From IMG/VR virus record IMGVR_UViG_3300020414_001694, positions 1 through 64,000 of that record: a stretch of 64,000 bases of DNA. One strand, written 5' to 3'. This document shows, in pieces, positions 1 through 8,491 of this stretch (within the stretch, counting starts at the first letter, position 1; each line of letters opens with the position of its first letter). This stretch comes from a virus (lineage: Duplodnaviria > Caudoviricetes). Made by a program: the position numbers and the translations under genes. A model generated the notes under the pieces. That model had not been told where the DNA came from. It worked only from the letters and a program-made list of their open reading frames with translations, and made no database searches.

Positions 1-845
1 AAGAATGCAGTAAGCATTGCAGTGTTAACAGAACCTGACTGGTCAATGGCAACTGCAATTTTCGCTTGTCGCTGGACTTTCTTGCCAGGATGAATATATG
101 CGTAACGCTTGTTGATTCTCTTGATAGACGCTCGTTTAGATGCCTTCTGAGAAGTTTTAATAAAGTATCGAAGAACTTTACGCCAGTCTACCTTGGTAGT
201 GATGCGTTCTAGAATCTCTTCTCGCATTGAACTGGAGACTGAACCCCAACTATTTGCTTTGCTTGCTTCTTCTGCTGCCTTCTTAACTGCTTCTTTTAAG
301 CGTTCTTTGGCAATCTCCTTAGTAGAGTTATCAACCTCGCCCCAACCAGAATGGTCATCCCAAGGTTCTGGTTCGCCTTCTCCACCTTCACCACCTTCGC
401 CGTTCTCTTGTTCTTCTTCTGCTTTCTGTTCAAGAAGTTTTAAGTATTCATCGGCAGACTTACCAATAGGGAAATCTTTAAAGTGACCCTCACCTGGAAT
501 CAAAGCACCCTCGGGTAATTTACCTAACAGGTGAGAGTTGATTGCCAAGTCAGTAGCAAAGTTCCATTTCTTTGTCATACCCTCAGAAGGCAAACGACCA
601 GTAACGTGTTCGAACACCAAGTGGTAGAACTCATGCATAAGAACACCTTGCTTATGCTCATCAGTTAGTTCAGCAAAGAACTCTGGATTGTAAAGCATTT
701 CAAAGTGACCAGTGTCAGGATTAACTTTAACACCAGCAGTAGGGATTGCTGTGGATGCTTTCTTATCTATCTTGCGAGACAGAGCAGCAAAGAACGGTTC
801 GTTCCGAAGGAGACGAGCAGTATGTTTGTTTAAATCGAAATTCAT
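1..845 (-). CDS. DUF2201-type putative metallopeptidase with C-terminal VWA domain (3' end runs off window)
   Basis: Hand translation, absent from ORF track: MNFDLNKHTARLLRNEPFFA...LMHEFYH (HExxH)...DLAIN...VDWRKVL...VAIDQSGS (MIDAS start); SD GAGGA; follows a MoxR ATPase. Confidence 0.85.
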   Translation of the reverse strand, partial: MNFDLNKHTARLLRNEPFFAALSRKIDKKASTAIPTAGVKVNPDTGHFEMLYNPEFFAELTDEHKQGVLMHEFYHLVFEHVTGRLPSEGMTKKWNFATDLAINSHLLGKLPEGALIPGEGHFKDFPIGKSADEYLKLLEQKAEEEQENGEGGEGGEGEPEPWDDHSGWGEVDNSTKEIAKERLKEAVKKAAEEASKANSWGSVSSSMREEILERITTKVDWRKVLRYFIKTSQKASKRASIKRINKRYAYIHPGKKVQRQAKIAVAIDQSGSVNTAMLTAF

Positions 846-871
846 TTGTTTCCTATCCTCAATACATAATA

Positions 872-900
872 ACAATAACGGAACTCTCACCATAAGTCAA
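872..900 (-). promoter_or_regulatory. sigma70-like promoter
   Basis: TTGACT-N17-TATTGT followed by TATTATGTATTGAG, upstream of ATG at 845. Confidence 0.65.
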
Positions 901-902
901 GG

Positions 903-962
903 AAAAAAGAACCCTCGGTAGGAAAAAGGAAAGGAAAAGTGTGAGAGATTACCTACCGAGGG
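903..962 (-). terminator. Intrinsic terminator with 29-nt loop after MoxR gene
   Basis: 11-bp inverted repeat CCCTCGGTAGG (912-922 / 952-962) followed on minus strand by TTCTTTTTT. Confidence 0.6.
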
Positions 963-973
963 CAAGGAAAGCA

Positions 974-2065
974 TTATGCTTCGGGGTCTTCACCCGTCAG
1001 CAGTTCAACGATGATTCGAGAGAACTGTCGTTTGCAAGTAGAAGTGGTAGCACCGTGAAGTTTAATCACGTTTTGCTGACCTTCTTCACCAGAGTTACCG
1101 ATAACTGTGAACAGTTTCATGGCAACTTCACTTGGAAGCATTACAAAGTAGTCAACCAAGTTTTGAATTTGGTTCTCACTCAACTCTTCTGAGAACGTTC
1201 CCTTTGCTTCCATCTTCTCAACGAAAGCAGAATGGTCATTGATTGAGAACTCTTCAACCTTTTCGAACTCACCATTGTCAAGAATATCTTCAATAAGAAC
1301 TTGACTCTCGTAGTTTTGAGCAAAGTCACGGAATGCGACTGCTGCTTCGAAACCAACGAACGCAGTTGTCAACTCATAAATCATTGAGAGCGACTCTTTA
1401 CGATTCTCATCAGAGAGAAAAGCAGCGTTTTCCAGACATTCGTTCAATCTATCCCAACTTCGTCGAGAAGGGTAGACTTTATTTGGTTCAAACTCACCAG
1501 TGTGTTCCAAGTGAGCACGGTTTTGGTTGATGAAATCCCAAATAACCTTGTTAACTTTTTCTTTTGCCCAAGTCAACCAGTCTTCAACAGTAGGTTCAAC
1601 ATCGAACACTGTCCAACGGTCAAGTTCAGCAGGGTCCATTTCGCCAACCTGATACTGCTCACCGTGTTCACCACCATTAACAGCAGCGAAAACAAGAGTA
1701 TTAGGGTGAAGAACGTGACCGTTCAACTTTCTAGAGTCAGTTAACTCGAAAATACCTTGGCGAACCTCAATGGTTGCACGGTCAACTTCATCCAAGAAGA
1801 GAACCACAGGGTTAGTGCATGCTTCTTTGAACCAGTCTGGTGGATTAAACTTGGTGCATTCTCCCTCGATAACAGGAAGACCAACCAAGTCACCTTCGGT
1901 CATCTGAGAAGCACGACGCTCAACAACTGGCAAACCTAAGTCACCAGCAGTCTGATAGACAACACAAGACTTACCAACACCGTGACGCCCACGGAGAAGT
2001 ATAGGTTTCTTTACTGCTGCCACATGGGGAGCAACTTTAACAAACGTAGCGAAATCAACTGCCAT
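974..2065 (-). CDS. MoxR-like AAA+ ATPase
   Basis: Walker A GRHGVGKS, Walker B VLFLDEVDRA, DPAELDRW, SRRSW motifs. Confidence 0.88.
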   Translation of the reverse strand: MAVDFATFVKVAPHVAAVKKPILLRGRHGVGKSCVVYQTAGDLGLPVVERRASQMTEGDLVGLPVIEGECTKFNPPDWFKEACTNPVVLFLDEVDRATIEVRQGIFELTDSRKLNGHVLHPNTLVFAAVNGGEHGEQYQVGEMDPAELDRWTVFDVEPTVEDWLTWAKEKVNKVIWDFINQNRAHLEHTGEFEPNKVYPSRRSWDRLNECLENAAFLSDENRKESLSMIYELTTAFVGFEAAVAFRDFAQNYESQVLIEDILDNGEFEKVEEFSINDHSAFVEKMEAKGTFSEELSENQIQNLVDYFVMLPSEVAMKLFTVIGNSGEEGQQNVIKLHGATTSTCKRQFSRIIVELLTGEDPEA

Positions 2066-2105
2066 TTAATTTTCCTTTCTCTTTATCTCTCTCACTTACA
2101 TAATA

Positions 2106-2134
2106 ACAATATCGGACTTTGCCTTGGATTGCAA
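2106..2134 (-). promoter_or_regulatory. sigma70-like promoter
   Basis: TTGCAA-N17-TATTGT then TATTATGT upstream of MoxR start. Confidence 0.6.
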
Positions 2135-2160
2135 GGAAAAAACGACATTAATTTCACTTT

Positions 2161-2661
2161 TTATGCAGCAGACACAACTTCGAGGTCATTATCCTGAACC
2201 CACTCAGTAAAAACACCGCCTCTACCGTAAGTGTTGGGGTACATTTCCTGAAGTTGAAGTTCCTGCTTTGTTGGTTGCAACCACTGAATCTGTGCTTGCT
2301 TCTCACCTGCTCGAATCATCAGACCGACTCGATGAGTTCTCTTGTACCGAGCATTTCGCTTAGTTTCCTTACAGCGAAGAAGAGCACCAACTTTATGCTT
2401 GGAACCTGGGGGAACCAAACGGTTAAGCATCTGAGTAGCGTTGTCCCAGAAAGAACCTGGAAAGTAGTCAGTGTAAGGGCAAGACTCTTGGTCTGCACGC
2501 TTTACATGCCAGTTAGTTCCTTCTAACTCACCAGTTTCCCAGTTCTCCTGCCAGAACCAAGAAGCAACAAGACCGTTATGGTGAATATAACACCGACGCT
2601 CGCTCTCCTCAACTTTGAGACCTAGTTTTTTTGCTTTTTTAAGAAATGATGTTCGCTTCAT
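2161..2661 (-). CDS. Hypothetical protein with C-terminal SH3/KOW-like domain
   Basis: HKVGALLRC...VGLMIR...IQWL...LEVVSAA matches the paralog family; own promoter at 2694-2722. Confidence 0.7.
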   Translation of the reverse strand: MKRTSFLKKAKKLGLKVEESERRCYIHHNGLVASWFWQENWETGELEGTNWHVKRADQESCPYTDYFPGSFWDNATQMLNRLVPPGSKHKVGALLRCKETKRNARYKRTHRVGLMIRAGEKQAQIQWLQPTKQELQLQEMYPNTYGRGGVFTEWVQDNDLEVVSAA

Positions 2662-2693
2662 GATTTTTTCCTTTTTCTCTCAACCACATAATA

Positions 2694-2722
2694 AAGGTAA
2701 CAAATGAGGGTTCAGAAGTCAA
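2694..2722 (-). promoter_or_regulatory. sigma70-like promoter
   Basis: TTGACT-N17-TACCTT then TATTATGTGGTT. Confidence 0.55.
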
Positions 2723-2725
2723 GAA

Positions 2726-2947
2726 CTATTTGCATTCTTTTATAAGATATTGGGTAAGGACAGCATGAGCATATCCACCTGACTCTTGACCGTCATAACC
2801 AACCCATTCGAGTTTTGCCATTTGACCTCTATCCCAGACATCAACAACCAACCAAGGGAATCCCTTACCTTTCTCAGTGTTGTACTGGAGGGAGTGACTT
2901 TGAGCAACTCTTTGACCTATCTTAATCATTTCTTTTATCCTTTCCAT
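2726..2947 (-). CDS. Small SH3-like hypothetical protein
   Basis: IKIGQRV...WLVVDV...KLEWV; promoter TTGACT-N18-TATAAA at 2960-2989 lies very close to the start, so the start is uncertain. Confidence 0.6.
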   Translation of the reverse strand: MERIKEMIKIGQRVAQSHSLQYNTEKGKGFPWLVVDVWDRGQMAKLEWVGYDGQESGGYAHAVLTQYLIKECK

Positions 2948-3008
2948 TGGGTATACTTATTTATACCATAACCAATTAAGGAAAGTCAAGCGTATTGTGT
3001 GTTTTATT

Positions 3009-3107
3009 TCACTTTTTCTTTCTCCCCCATTGTAAAGCAAGTCCCATGATAATGAACCCGATTGCAGTGTAGATAAACTCGTTATCGCTTAGTATTCCTT
3101 CGAACAT
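3009..3107 (-). CDS. 32-aa single-TM micro-protein
   Basis: MFEGILSDNEFIYTAIGFIIMGLALQWGERKK; SD AGGAGG upstream. Confidence 0.5.
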   Translation of the reverse strand: MFEGILSDNEFIYTAIGFIIMGLALQWGRKKK

Positions 3108-3407
3108 TTCTATCTCCTCCTAGAGCATGTTTTAATCTCAGCGCCTGTAGGGGCAATTTGTTTGTTAAGTGAAATGATTTTCTCTTTACAAGGGTAGTTA
3201 GTGTGTGCTAGATACACCCCACTTCACACCCCCTTATCACACAATATTACACTTAATAACACCCAGTACCCTACTTTAATCTGTCTTTTTTAAATTTCTT
3301 AATAGGTTTTAACTTTACTATACGATTACTTTACTACTATACCTATTAGGGTTATATCTTATTAAATTATACTATACCTTTACCCCTATTGTTAATTGTT
3401 ATATTAA

Positions 3408-3653
3408 TTAAGTTTCACCATAAGAAAGAACATCAACCATCATTTGAGGCATATCAGGTTCCTGGTGAATTAAAAGAACTGCATCTTTACCTATACCATT
3501 CTCCTTACCTATATTGCTTAACATTAACCAAATAACTTTAACTGCTTCATACTCGTTTCTTAGATAAAGTTCCTTAATAATAGGATAGTAAATCTTTGAT
3601 AACTGCTTTACAGTTTCATCTCTTATAAGGTTATCAATTTTATTATTTTTCAT
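3408..3653 (-). CDS. Hypothetical protein
   Basis: ORF track; SD AGGAGGG upstream. Confidence 0.6.
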   Translation of the reverse strand: MKNNKIDNLIRDETVKQLSKIYYPIIKELYLRNEYEAVKVIWLMLSNIGKENGIGKDAVLLIHQEPDMPQMMVDVLSYGET

Positions 3654-3664
3654 TTTATCCCTCC

Positions 3665-3823
3665 TTACTTTCTTACTATCTCTAGATTAGGAAGGACTCG
3701 CTTTAACCTAATAAAACTTGTCTTTGTTACTCGATGAGTATGAGGATGGGTTATCTTTTTTACTGTTCCATCTTCCATTCTCATCTGAATATAATGTGTT
3801 TTCTTTTTATTACCCTCGAACAT
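3665..3823 (-). CDS. 52-aa basic hypothetical protein
   Basis: Hand translation MFEGNKKKTHYIQMRMEDG...LEIVRK; SD AGGAG. Confidence 0.5.
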   Translation of the reverse strand: MFEGNKKKTHYIQMRMEDGTVKKITHPHTHRVTKTSFIRLKRVLPNLEIVRK

Positions 3824-3839
3824 TATTTTGCTCCTTTGA

Positions 3840-4199
3840 TTAGAATAATTTTAACTGATTGCTCGGACTATAAAGTGTCACGCCTAGACGTTGTAAAGAA
3901 AGTTCAAGACCTTCTTTATATCTTAAAGCATTTTTTACCTTGCTAAGTTTTGAGTCCTTTTGTCCTCCCAACAAATAAGCAATTACGTTTTCAACTGAAC
4001 CTAACCCTGCATTATAACATTGTGAAACAATATTCTTTTTATATTCTCCTCCACTCTTCCACAAACCAATCATCTGTTCGACCGAGTTTTGAAAATTGAC
4101 GCCTGTCTCCTTCTTTGTCTGGGCATAGAGAATATGTCCTACTGCATCATACTGAATATAATTCCACTTCTTATCCATGAATTCTTTTCTTTTACTCAT
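3840..4199 (-). CDS. Hypothetical protein
   Basis: ORF track; SD AGGAG. Confidence 0.65.
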   Translation of the reverse strand: MSKRKEFMDKKWNYIQYDAVGHILYAQTKKETGVNFQNSVEQMIGLWKSGGEYKKNIVSQCYNAGLGSVENVIAYLLGGQKDSKLSKVKNALRYKEGLELSLQRLGVTLYSPSNQLKLF

Positions 4200-4211
4200 T
4201 TCTCTTCTCCT

Positions 4212-4898
4212 TTAATTTAAATTATTCAACTTAATATCAAGTTTTTTTTCTAAACTCTTTCTTCTCTTCTCGTGGTAATCACGAAAACCATTGGAGCATC
4301 CCGTCATCAATGCACATCTAGGAACATCAATAAAATCTATCAAGCGTCTAAAGCAACTATGGTCTGATGTAAACTCTAATTTAGAAGATGGAAAAGTAAA
4401 GTAAACTTTCTTATTAAGTTTAATTTCACAACAGTGCGTACCATCACTTCTTTTATTGTACTCTCCACCATGTGCAAGTTGAGGTTGCATGAAACCTGGT
4501 AAGATTAATTCTTCATCCTTTACCTCTACTTTTATCGTCTTCGATGGGACATCACAAGGTCTCCATCCTTCGCCCTTCAAGGTATCCCCGACTGACTCTT
4601 TAATATGTTTAAAGATGTTTTGTTGAAACTCTTTGGTAGTGCTTGCAGAACTCCAACAATCTATAAAAAGTTTATCTTCAATCTTATTGTTCATTGACCA
4701 ATTTTTTGGCATCCGTTTGTACTGCTCACGGTCAATAATATTAATGTAAGGTCGAAATATCGCAAGTGTCTCAAGCGGGTAAACGGTATAAGCACCTCGA
4801 AGTTCGGCATTAGTATAATATTCGTCACTATCGCAACCAATCTCATCACGCCAATTCATTCCATAAACACGAGATTCATCTATATTCTCAAAAGACAT
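4212..4898 (-). CDS. Hypothetical protein (start adjusted to MSFENIDE)
   Basis: ORF track; SD GAGGG before ATG at 4898. Confidence 0.65.
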   Translation of the reverse strand: MSFENIDESRVYGMNWRDEIGCDSDEYYTNAELRGAYTVYPLETLAIFRPYINIIDREQYKRMPKNWSMNNKIEDKLFIDCWSSASTTKEFQQNIFKHIKESVGDTLKGEGWRPCDVPSKTIKVEVKDEELILPGFMQPQLAHGGEYNKRSDGTHCCEIKLNKKVYFTFPSSKLEFTSDHSCFRRLIDFIDVPRCALMTGCSNGFRDYHEKRRKSLEKKLDIKLNNLN

Positions 4899-5007
4899 TT
4901 CTCTTCCCTCCTTTTTACAAAGACACCATATCAACTATCTTTGGCAAAGTCAACACTTTTCTTAATTAATATGGAAAATTTTCCCGCAAATTCGCTTCCG
5001 CTTGCTC

Positions 5008-5109
5008 CTACTGCCCGCCCGTCACCGAATAATAAAAGAACGCTCCCGATACAATCAATAGAACTGAGATAAATGTTATCTCCCTTATCTCTCTTCCACT
5101 GTACCTCAT
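5008..5109 (-). CDS. 33-aa single-TM micro-protein
   Basis: MRYSGREIREITFISVLLIVSGAFFYYSVTGGQ; ATG overlaps transporter stop (ATGA). Confidence 0.55.
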   Translation of the reverse strand: MRYSGREIREITFISVLLIVSGAFFYYSVTGGQ

Positions 5110-6050
5110 AAGTTTCCTTTCAACCCTTGGACAATCACAACCAAGACAACTGATACTGCCAGACCCATGAATACTTTTAGCAAGTCCTTCACAACTACTG
5201 GAAGAACTCTCTTCGTCTGCCCTTTATGCCAAGTTGCTATTGCTAACTCTCGACCACATAATAAACCTACGAATACCCAAGTTGTAGACATTGGCACATT
5301 GGAGTACTCTTTAAATATTAATAGAATTGCAGCATAAACAAAATCTACTATTGTTGCTGACCTTACAAACCTTGTCGATGACTTGTTCGCTACAATATCC
5401 TGAATCTTTCCTCCACCCTCGTAAAATACAAGTCCGAGCATCGAGATTACCAGCAGGAACACAAAAGTTAAATAAAATGCATCAAGTTGTCTTGGCAAGA
5501 ACACTGCAATGTTTGCCATATCGTGCGACAACCAAGTAAACCATAGAAAACCTGTTGTTCCCCATTGGAGTCCTCTCCAGATGCGCTCTTGCTTCTCTGG
5601 TATCTTCTTTCTCTCGTTTATTAGTTTGGTTACTCCAATCCAAATAACATACGCAAGAACTGCTGCGACTGCATAACCTACAACAGATTTTATTAACATT
5701 TTCCCAAAGACAGCACCAGTTGAGAATACAGATAGGACTAAGAATGTTGTTGATACTGGTATACCTACTCTTGTCAAGCAAAGTAATACAGCAGGTGCCA
5801 TTATGTGGTACCATTCAACACTGACAGGAGGAATTCTATCTAACCTCCCGAATGTTATATCTCCGTTATAGTTAAACCAACTCCATAGGATTGCTGCCAC
5901 TGCAACAGAAGACGCTGCTATCCATAGTTTCCACCAAGCAGTTTTCTTGTTGGATACCATAAAGGTTCCAAGAGTCTGGACAGCATCGTTACTTATCACT
6001 GATGCTCCTGCTATTGTTGCACCGACAATGGCAAAGACTTGTTCTATCAT
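5106..6050 (-). CDS. PiT/Pho4-like inorganic phosphate (anion) transporter, compact form
   Basis: About 9-10 TM helices; duplicated signature SNDAVQTLG / SHDMANIA; IPVSTT and VPMSTT motifs. Confidence 0.7.
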   Translation of the reverse strand: MIEQVFAIVGATIAGASVISNDAVQTLGTFMVSNKKTAWWKLWIAASSVAVAAILWSWFNYNGDITFGRLDRIPPVSVEWYHIMAPAVLLCLTRVGIPVSTTFLVLSVFSTGAVFGKMLIKSVVGYAVAAVLAYVIWIGVTKLINERKKIPEKQERIWRGLQWGTTGFLWFTWLSHDMANIAVFLPRQLDAFYLTFVFLLVISMLGLVFYEGGGKIQDIVANKSSTRFVRSATIVDFVYAAILLIFKEYSNVPMSTTWVFVGLLCGRELAIATWHKGQTKRVLPVVVKDLLKVFMGLAVSVVLVVIVQGLKGNL

Positions 6051-6057
6051 TTGTTCC

Positions 6058-6141
6058 TCAAAATATAAAATGTAAAATAATACTTAAACTGAGTGTTACC
6101 ATTGTTGTAAGTGCAAGCATGGTTGCATAGTCTCTAATCAT
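6058..6141 (-). CDS. 27-aa hydrophobic micro-protein
   Basis: MIRDYATMLALTTMVTLSLSIILHFIF; overlaps upstream micro-ORF stop. Confidence 0.4.
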   Translation of the reverse strand: MIRDYATMLALTTMVTLSLSIILHFIF

Positions 6142-6235
6142 CTCTTCCCTTTCTTTCAAGATAAAAACAGTGCCCAAGAAACAAAACTATAAAAGTTATA
6201 AGACTTGGGGCAAAATAAACTGCAAGATGTTCCAT
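6134..6235 (-). CDS. 33-aa hydrophobic micro-protein
   Basis: MEHLAVYFAPSLITFIVLFLGHCFYLERKGRDD; TGATG overlap, SD GGAGG. Confidence 0.45.
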   Translation of the reverse strand: MEHLAVYFAPSLITFIVLFLGHCFYLERKGRDD

Positions 6236-6402
6236 CACTCTACTCCTCCGAGGTTTGACAAAACTCTCTTCGACAGTACTTTCAAGATGTCATTTATAAT
6301 ATTTCCGTTACCATTGGGTTCCCAGAACAACCATAACATTATACCACCAACGACAAGAACTGTAAGTATTCTTTTTAGAACCCCCACGTTCATCACGTCC
6401 AT
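6235..6402 (-). CDS. 55-aa single-TM protein
   Basis: MDVMNVGVLKRILTVLVVGGIMLWLFWEPNG...; overlaps upstream stop. Confidence 0.5.
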   Translation of the reverse strand: MDVMNVGVLKRILTVLVVGGIMLWLFWEPNGNGNIINDILKVLSKRVLSNLGGVE

Positions 6403-6716
6403 GCCCCAGTGTAGTTATTCTTTGCAAGAGCGTTATTGTATTCTCTAACAACCGTGAAGATTGCTTCGTTCATCGGAGTCTCTGAACTGAACTTACTTCC
6501 ATATACCTCCACCCAGTCTGAAATCTCTCCACGATTGTTCGAGTTGAACAGTAGGCACTCTGGACGTTCAAAGACAGTTGAATAACTTGCAACGATAAAG
6601 TCTCCTTTGCCATTGCAAAATAAGAACTTGTTCCCGCACTCTAAAACACTTATTAAATTGAACATTCTTACTCCTCCTCTTCCCACAAATTCATGCAGAT
6701 ATTTTCTGAATAACAA
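6393..6716 (-). CDS. Hypothetical protein
   Basis: ORF track; start uncertain. Confidence 0.55.
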   Translation of the reverse strand: MLFRKYLHEFVGRGGVRMFNLISVLECGNKFLFCNGKGDFIVASYSTVFERPECLLFNSNNRGEISDWVEVYGSKFSSETPMNEAIFTVVREYNNALAKNNYTGAWT

Positions 6717-6979
6717 TCATCTTCTACAGATTTTAATAACAAATCATCCACACATCCCTCGTATCTATCGCCTGGGCGTGCTCTTGGATTGCAAGCAATG
6801 TAAACGCTTTGAGTTTCATCACCATCTTCGTCGTAACATCGAGTTACTGAATGTGAATAAGTCTCATGATAGGGTTGACACTCCTCACTATCAACTGGAT
6901 ATGATGTAGTTTCTGTACCACATGCCAGCAATAGCGTCAGCACTAACGCATCGGTAAATATAAAAATCATCTTTCTCAC
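6668..6979 (-). CDS. Cys-rich predicted lipoprotein
   Basis: Signal peptide with lipobox LLACG; 5 further Cys. Confidence 0.65.
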   Translation of the reverse strand: MRKMIFIFTDALVLTLLLACGTETTSYPVDSEECQPYHETYSHSVTRCYDEDGDETQSVYIACNPRARPGDRYEGCVDDLLLKSVEDDCYSENICMNLWEEEE

Positions 6980-6985
6980 CTCTTT

Positions 6986-7744
6986 TCACCCGTGCCTTTC
7001 AGCAAACTCTTGCTTCTCGAACCAATCATCCTCGCCAAAGTGAGGATGCTTATTCTCTTTGTTTCTGTAATACTCATTTACCTCATGCGCTGCTCGCTCA
7101 CGGAGACGTTCAGCAACGGCAGCAGGGAAATTAGTAGAAGACTTGACCAACCACTTGTTGTTACAATCTTCTTGAGCGAAAGGACGAAGGTGATGAAGAC
7201 CGACAAACTGCCGCTCATTGTCATTGTAAACAAAGACTTTGCTTACCTCGCAACGAATAGGCGCTTCTTCTTCACCGAACATCTTCTTGGCACCAACCCA
7301 AACACGAAACGTAGGGACTTCGTACCTACTCCAGTATACCTCACCAGATACAGGTTCTTGCTCCCTGAAACGCTCTTCTTGGTAAGTGACGCCTGATTCT
7401 AACGCTTCGCCAGTTACCATGTAAGAACCTGTCAACTCTCTCCAAAATAGTTTTTGTTCAAACAAAGCACCAACACCAGCACCATAGGACTGGAACTCTA
7501 AAAGAGCACGACTGATGGAACCCTCAATTGTCTTGAGTGCCTCTTGCTTTCTACGCTTGAGGTGAGGGCAGGTACGACGATTGTGACCTAAGAGACCACA
7601 GTAGGAGCACATCGTGCTAGAACCCTTCTTTCTACCTGCTTTCTTGTAGTAAGACTCACTGAACTTCTTACTTTCTTCTGAACGCTCTGGACACGTTCGA
7701 GCATTGTGCCCATATTTACCGCAATAACCACAACGAACTGACAT
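6986..7744 (-). CDS. Protein with two CCHC zinc knuckles
   Basis: CGYCGKYGHNARTC and CSYCGLLGHNRRTC = CX2CX4HX4C; promoter TTGACT-N17-TATTAT at 7777-7805. Confidence 0.8.
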   Translation of the reverse strand: MSVRCGYCGKYGHNARTCPERSEESKKFSESYYKKAGRKKGSSTMCSYCGLLGHNRRTCPHLKRRKQEALKTIEGSISRALLEFQSYGAGVGALFEQKLFWRELTGSYMVTGEALESGVTYQEERFREQEPVSGEVYWSRYEVPTFRVWVGAKKMFGEEEAPIRCEVSKVFVYNDNERQFVGLHHLRPFAQEDCNNKWLVKSSTNFPAAVAERLRERAAHEVNEYYRNKENKHPHFGEDDWFEKQEFAERHG

Positions 7745-7772
7745 AACCTTTTCCTTTCTCTTTACCTTACTC

Positions 7773-7940
7773 TTAGATAATAGTGGAAATGATTCCAGAA
7801 GTCAAGGATAAAATGAAGATTGTTTGCATAATTCTCCATTCTTTTCTGGCAAAGTAGAAGTAGCGACCTCTAATGCATACACAAGTATAGAGGTAGTGTC
7901 GGTCAAGACCTTGGTAAAGTGTGTAGTGCTTTATCTCCAT
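7773..7940 (-). CDS. 55-aa hypothetical protein
   Basis: MEIKHYTLYQG...; own TTGACA-N17-TATTGT promoter (7976-8004) and AAAGGAAAA leader. Confidence 0.45.
   Translation of the reverse strand: MEIKHYTLYQGLDRHYLYTCVCIRGRYFYFARKEWRIMQTIFILSLTSGIISTII
7777..7805 (-). promoter_or_regulatory. sigma70-like promoter
   Basis: TTGACT-N17-TATTAT. Confidence 0.7.
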
Positions 7941-8017
7941 AGTTGTTTTCCTTTCTTCTTCTCAACTACATGAAGACAATAGCACCGTTAAGTCATGGTG
8001 TCAATAAAAAAATAAAC

Positions 8018-8188
8018 TTATTCCCAAGGACAATGCCTGCAACCCGAACAACAGCAGAATCCTCGCTTTTTAAGGTAATAAGAGGTAAGTACTTTTTTGT
8101 TTGTAGCAGGGTCAATGTAGAAGTTCTTTTTATCTTTGCACGCTTTACTGTGAAGTGCTTGGATTGTTTCTGGAAATTTTTGCGGCAA
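8018..8188 (-). CDS. DUF5522-like (C1orf53-like) Cys-rich metal-binding protein, 56 aa, TTG start
   Basis: Hand translation MPQKFPETIQALHSKACKDKKNFYIDPATNKKVLTSYYLKKRGFCCCSGCRHCPWE; SD GAGG. Confidence 0.75.
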   Translation of the reverse strand: MPQKFPETIQALHSKACKDKKNFYIDPATNKKVLTSYYLKKRGFCCCSGCRHCPWE

Positions 8189-8191
8189 GTT

Positions 8192-8491
8192 TTACCTCTC
8201 TGTTGTTCTTCGATAATAATAAAGACCGCATGCTCGACGGACAAACTCTGTTGATGGTCTTTCGCACTGCTCTGGCACAAGACCGTGACAGTAGGCATCG
8301 TTGTCATAATCTCTTGCGAGGCACTGGTCATTACATTCCGACAGGTGCCAAATCGAGTTTGGATTATGACACACATAAAGAATAGTCTCTCTGCTGGGAA
8401 GTTCTTCGAGCACAACTTCACCGTCTCCACACGAGAACGTAAACATTAGATTAAGTATTATTAACTTTATGATGCCTTGGGATGTCGTCAT
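8192..8491 (-). CDS. Cys-rich predicted lipoprotein
   Basis: Hydrophobic N-terminus ending TFSCG; 6 further Cys. Confidence 0.6.
   Translation of the reverse strand: MTTSQGIIKLIILNLMFTFSCGDGEVVLEELPSRETILYVCHNPNSIWHLSECNDQCLARDYDNDAYCHGLVPEQCERPSTEFVRRACGLYYYRRTTER

Noticed and set aside
4975-5105. Structured ncRNA in the GC-rich gap after the transporter
   Set aside because: Most of it is explained by the coupled 33-aa TM micro-ORF and the downstream promoter
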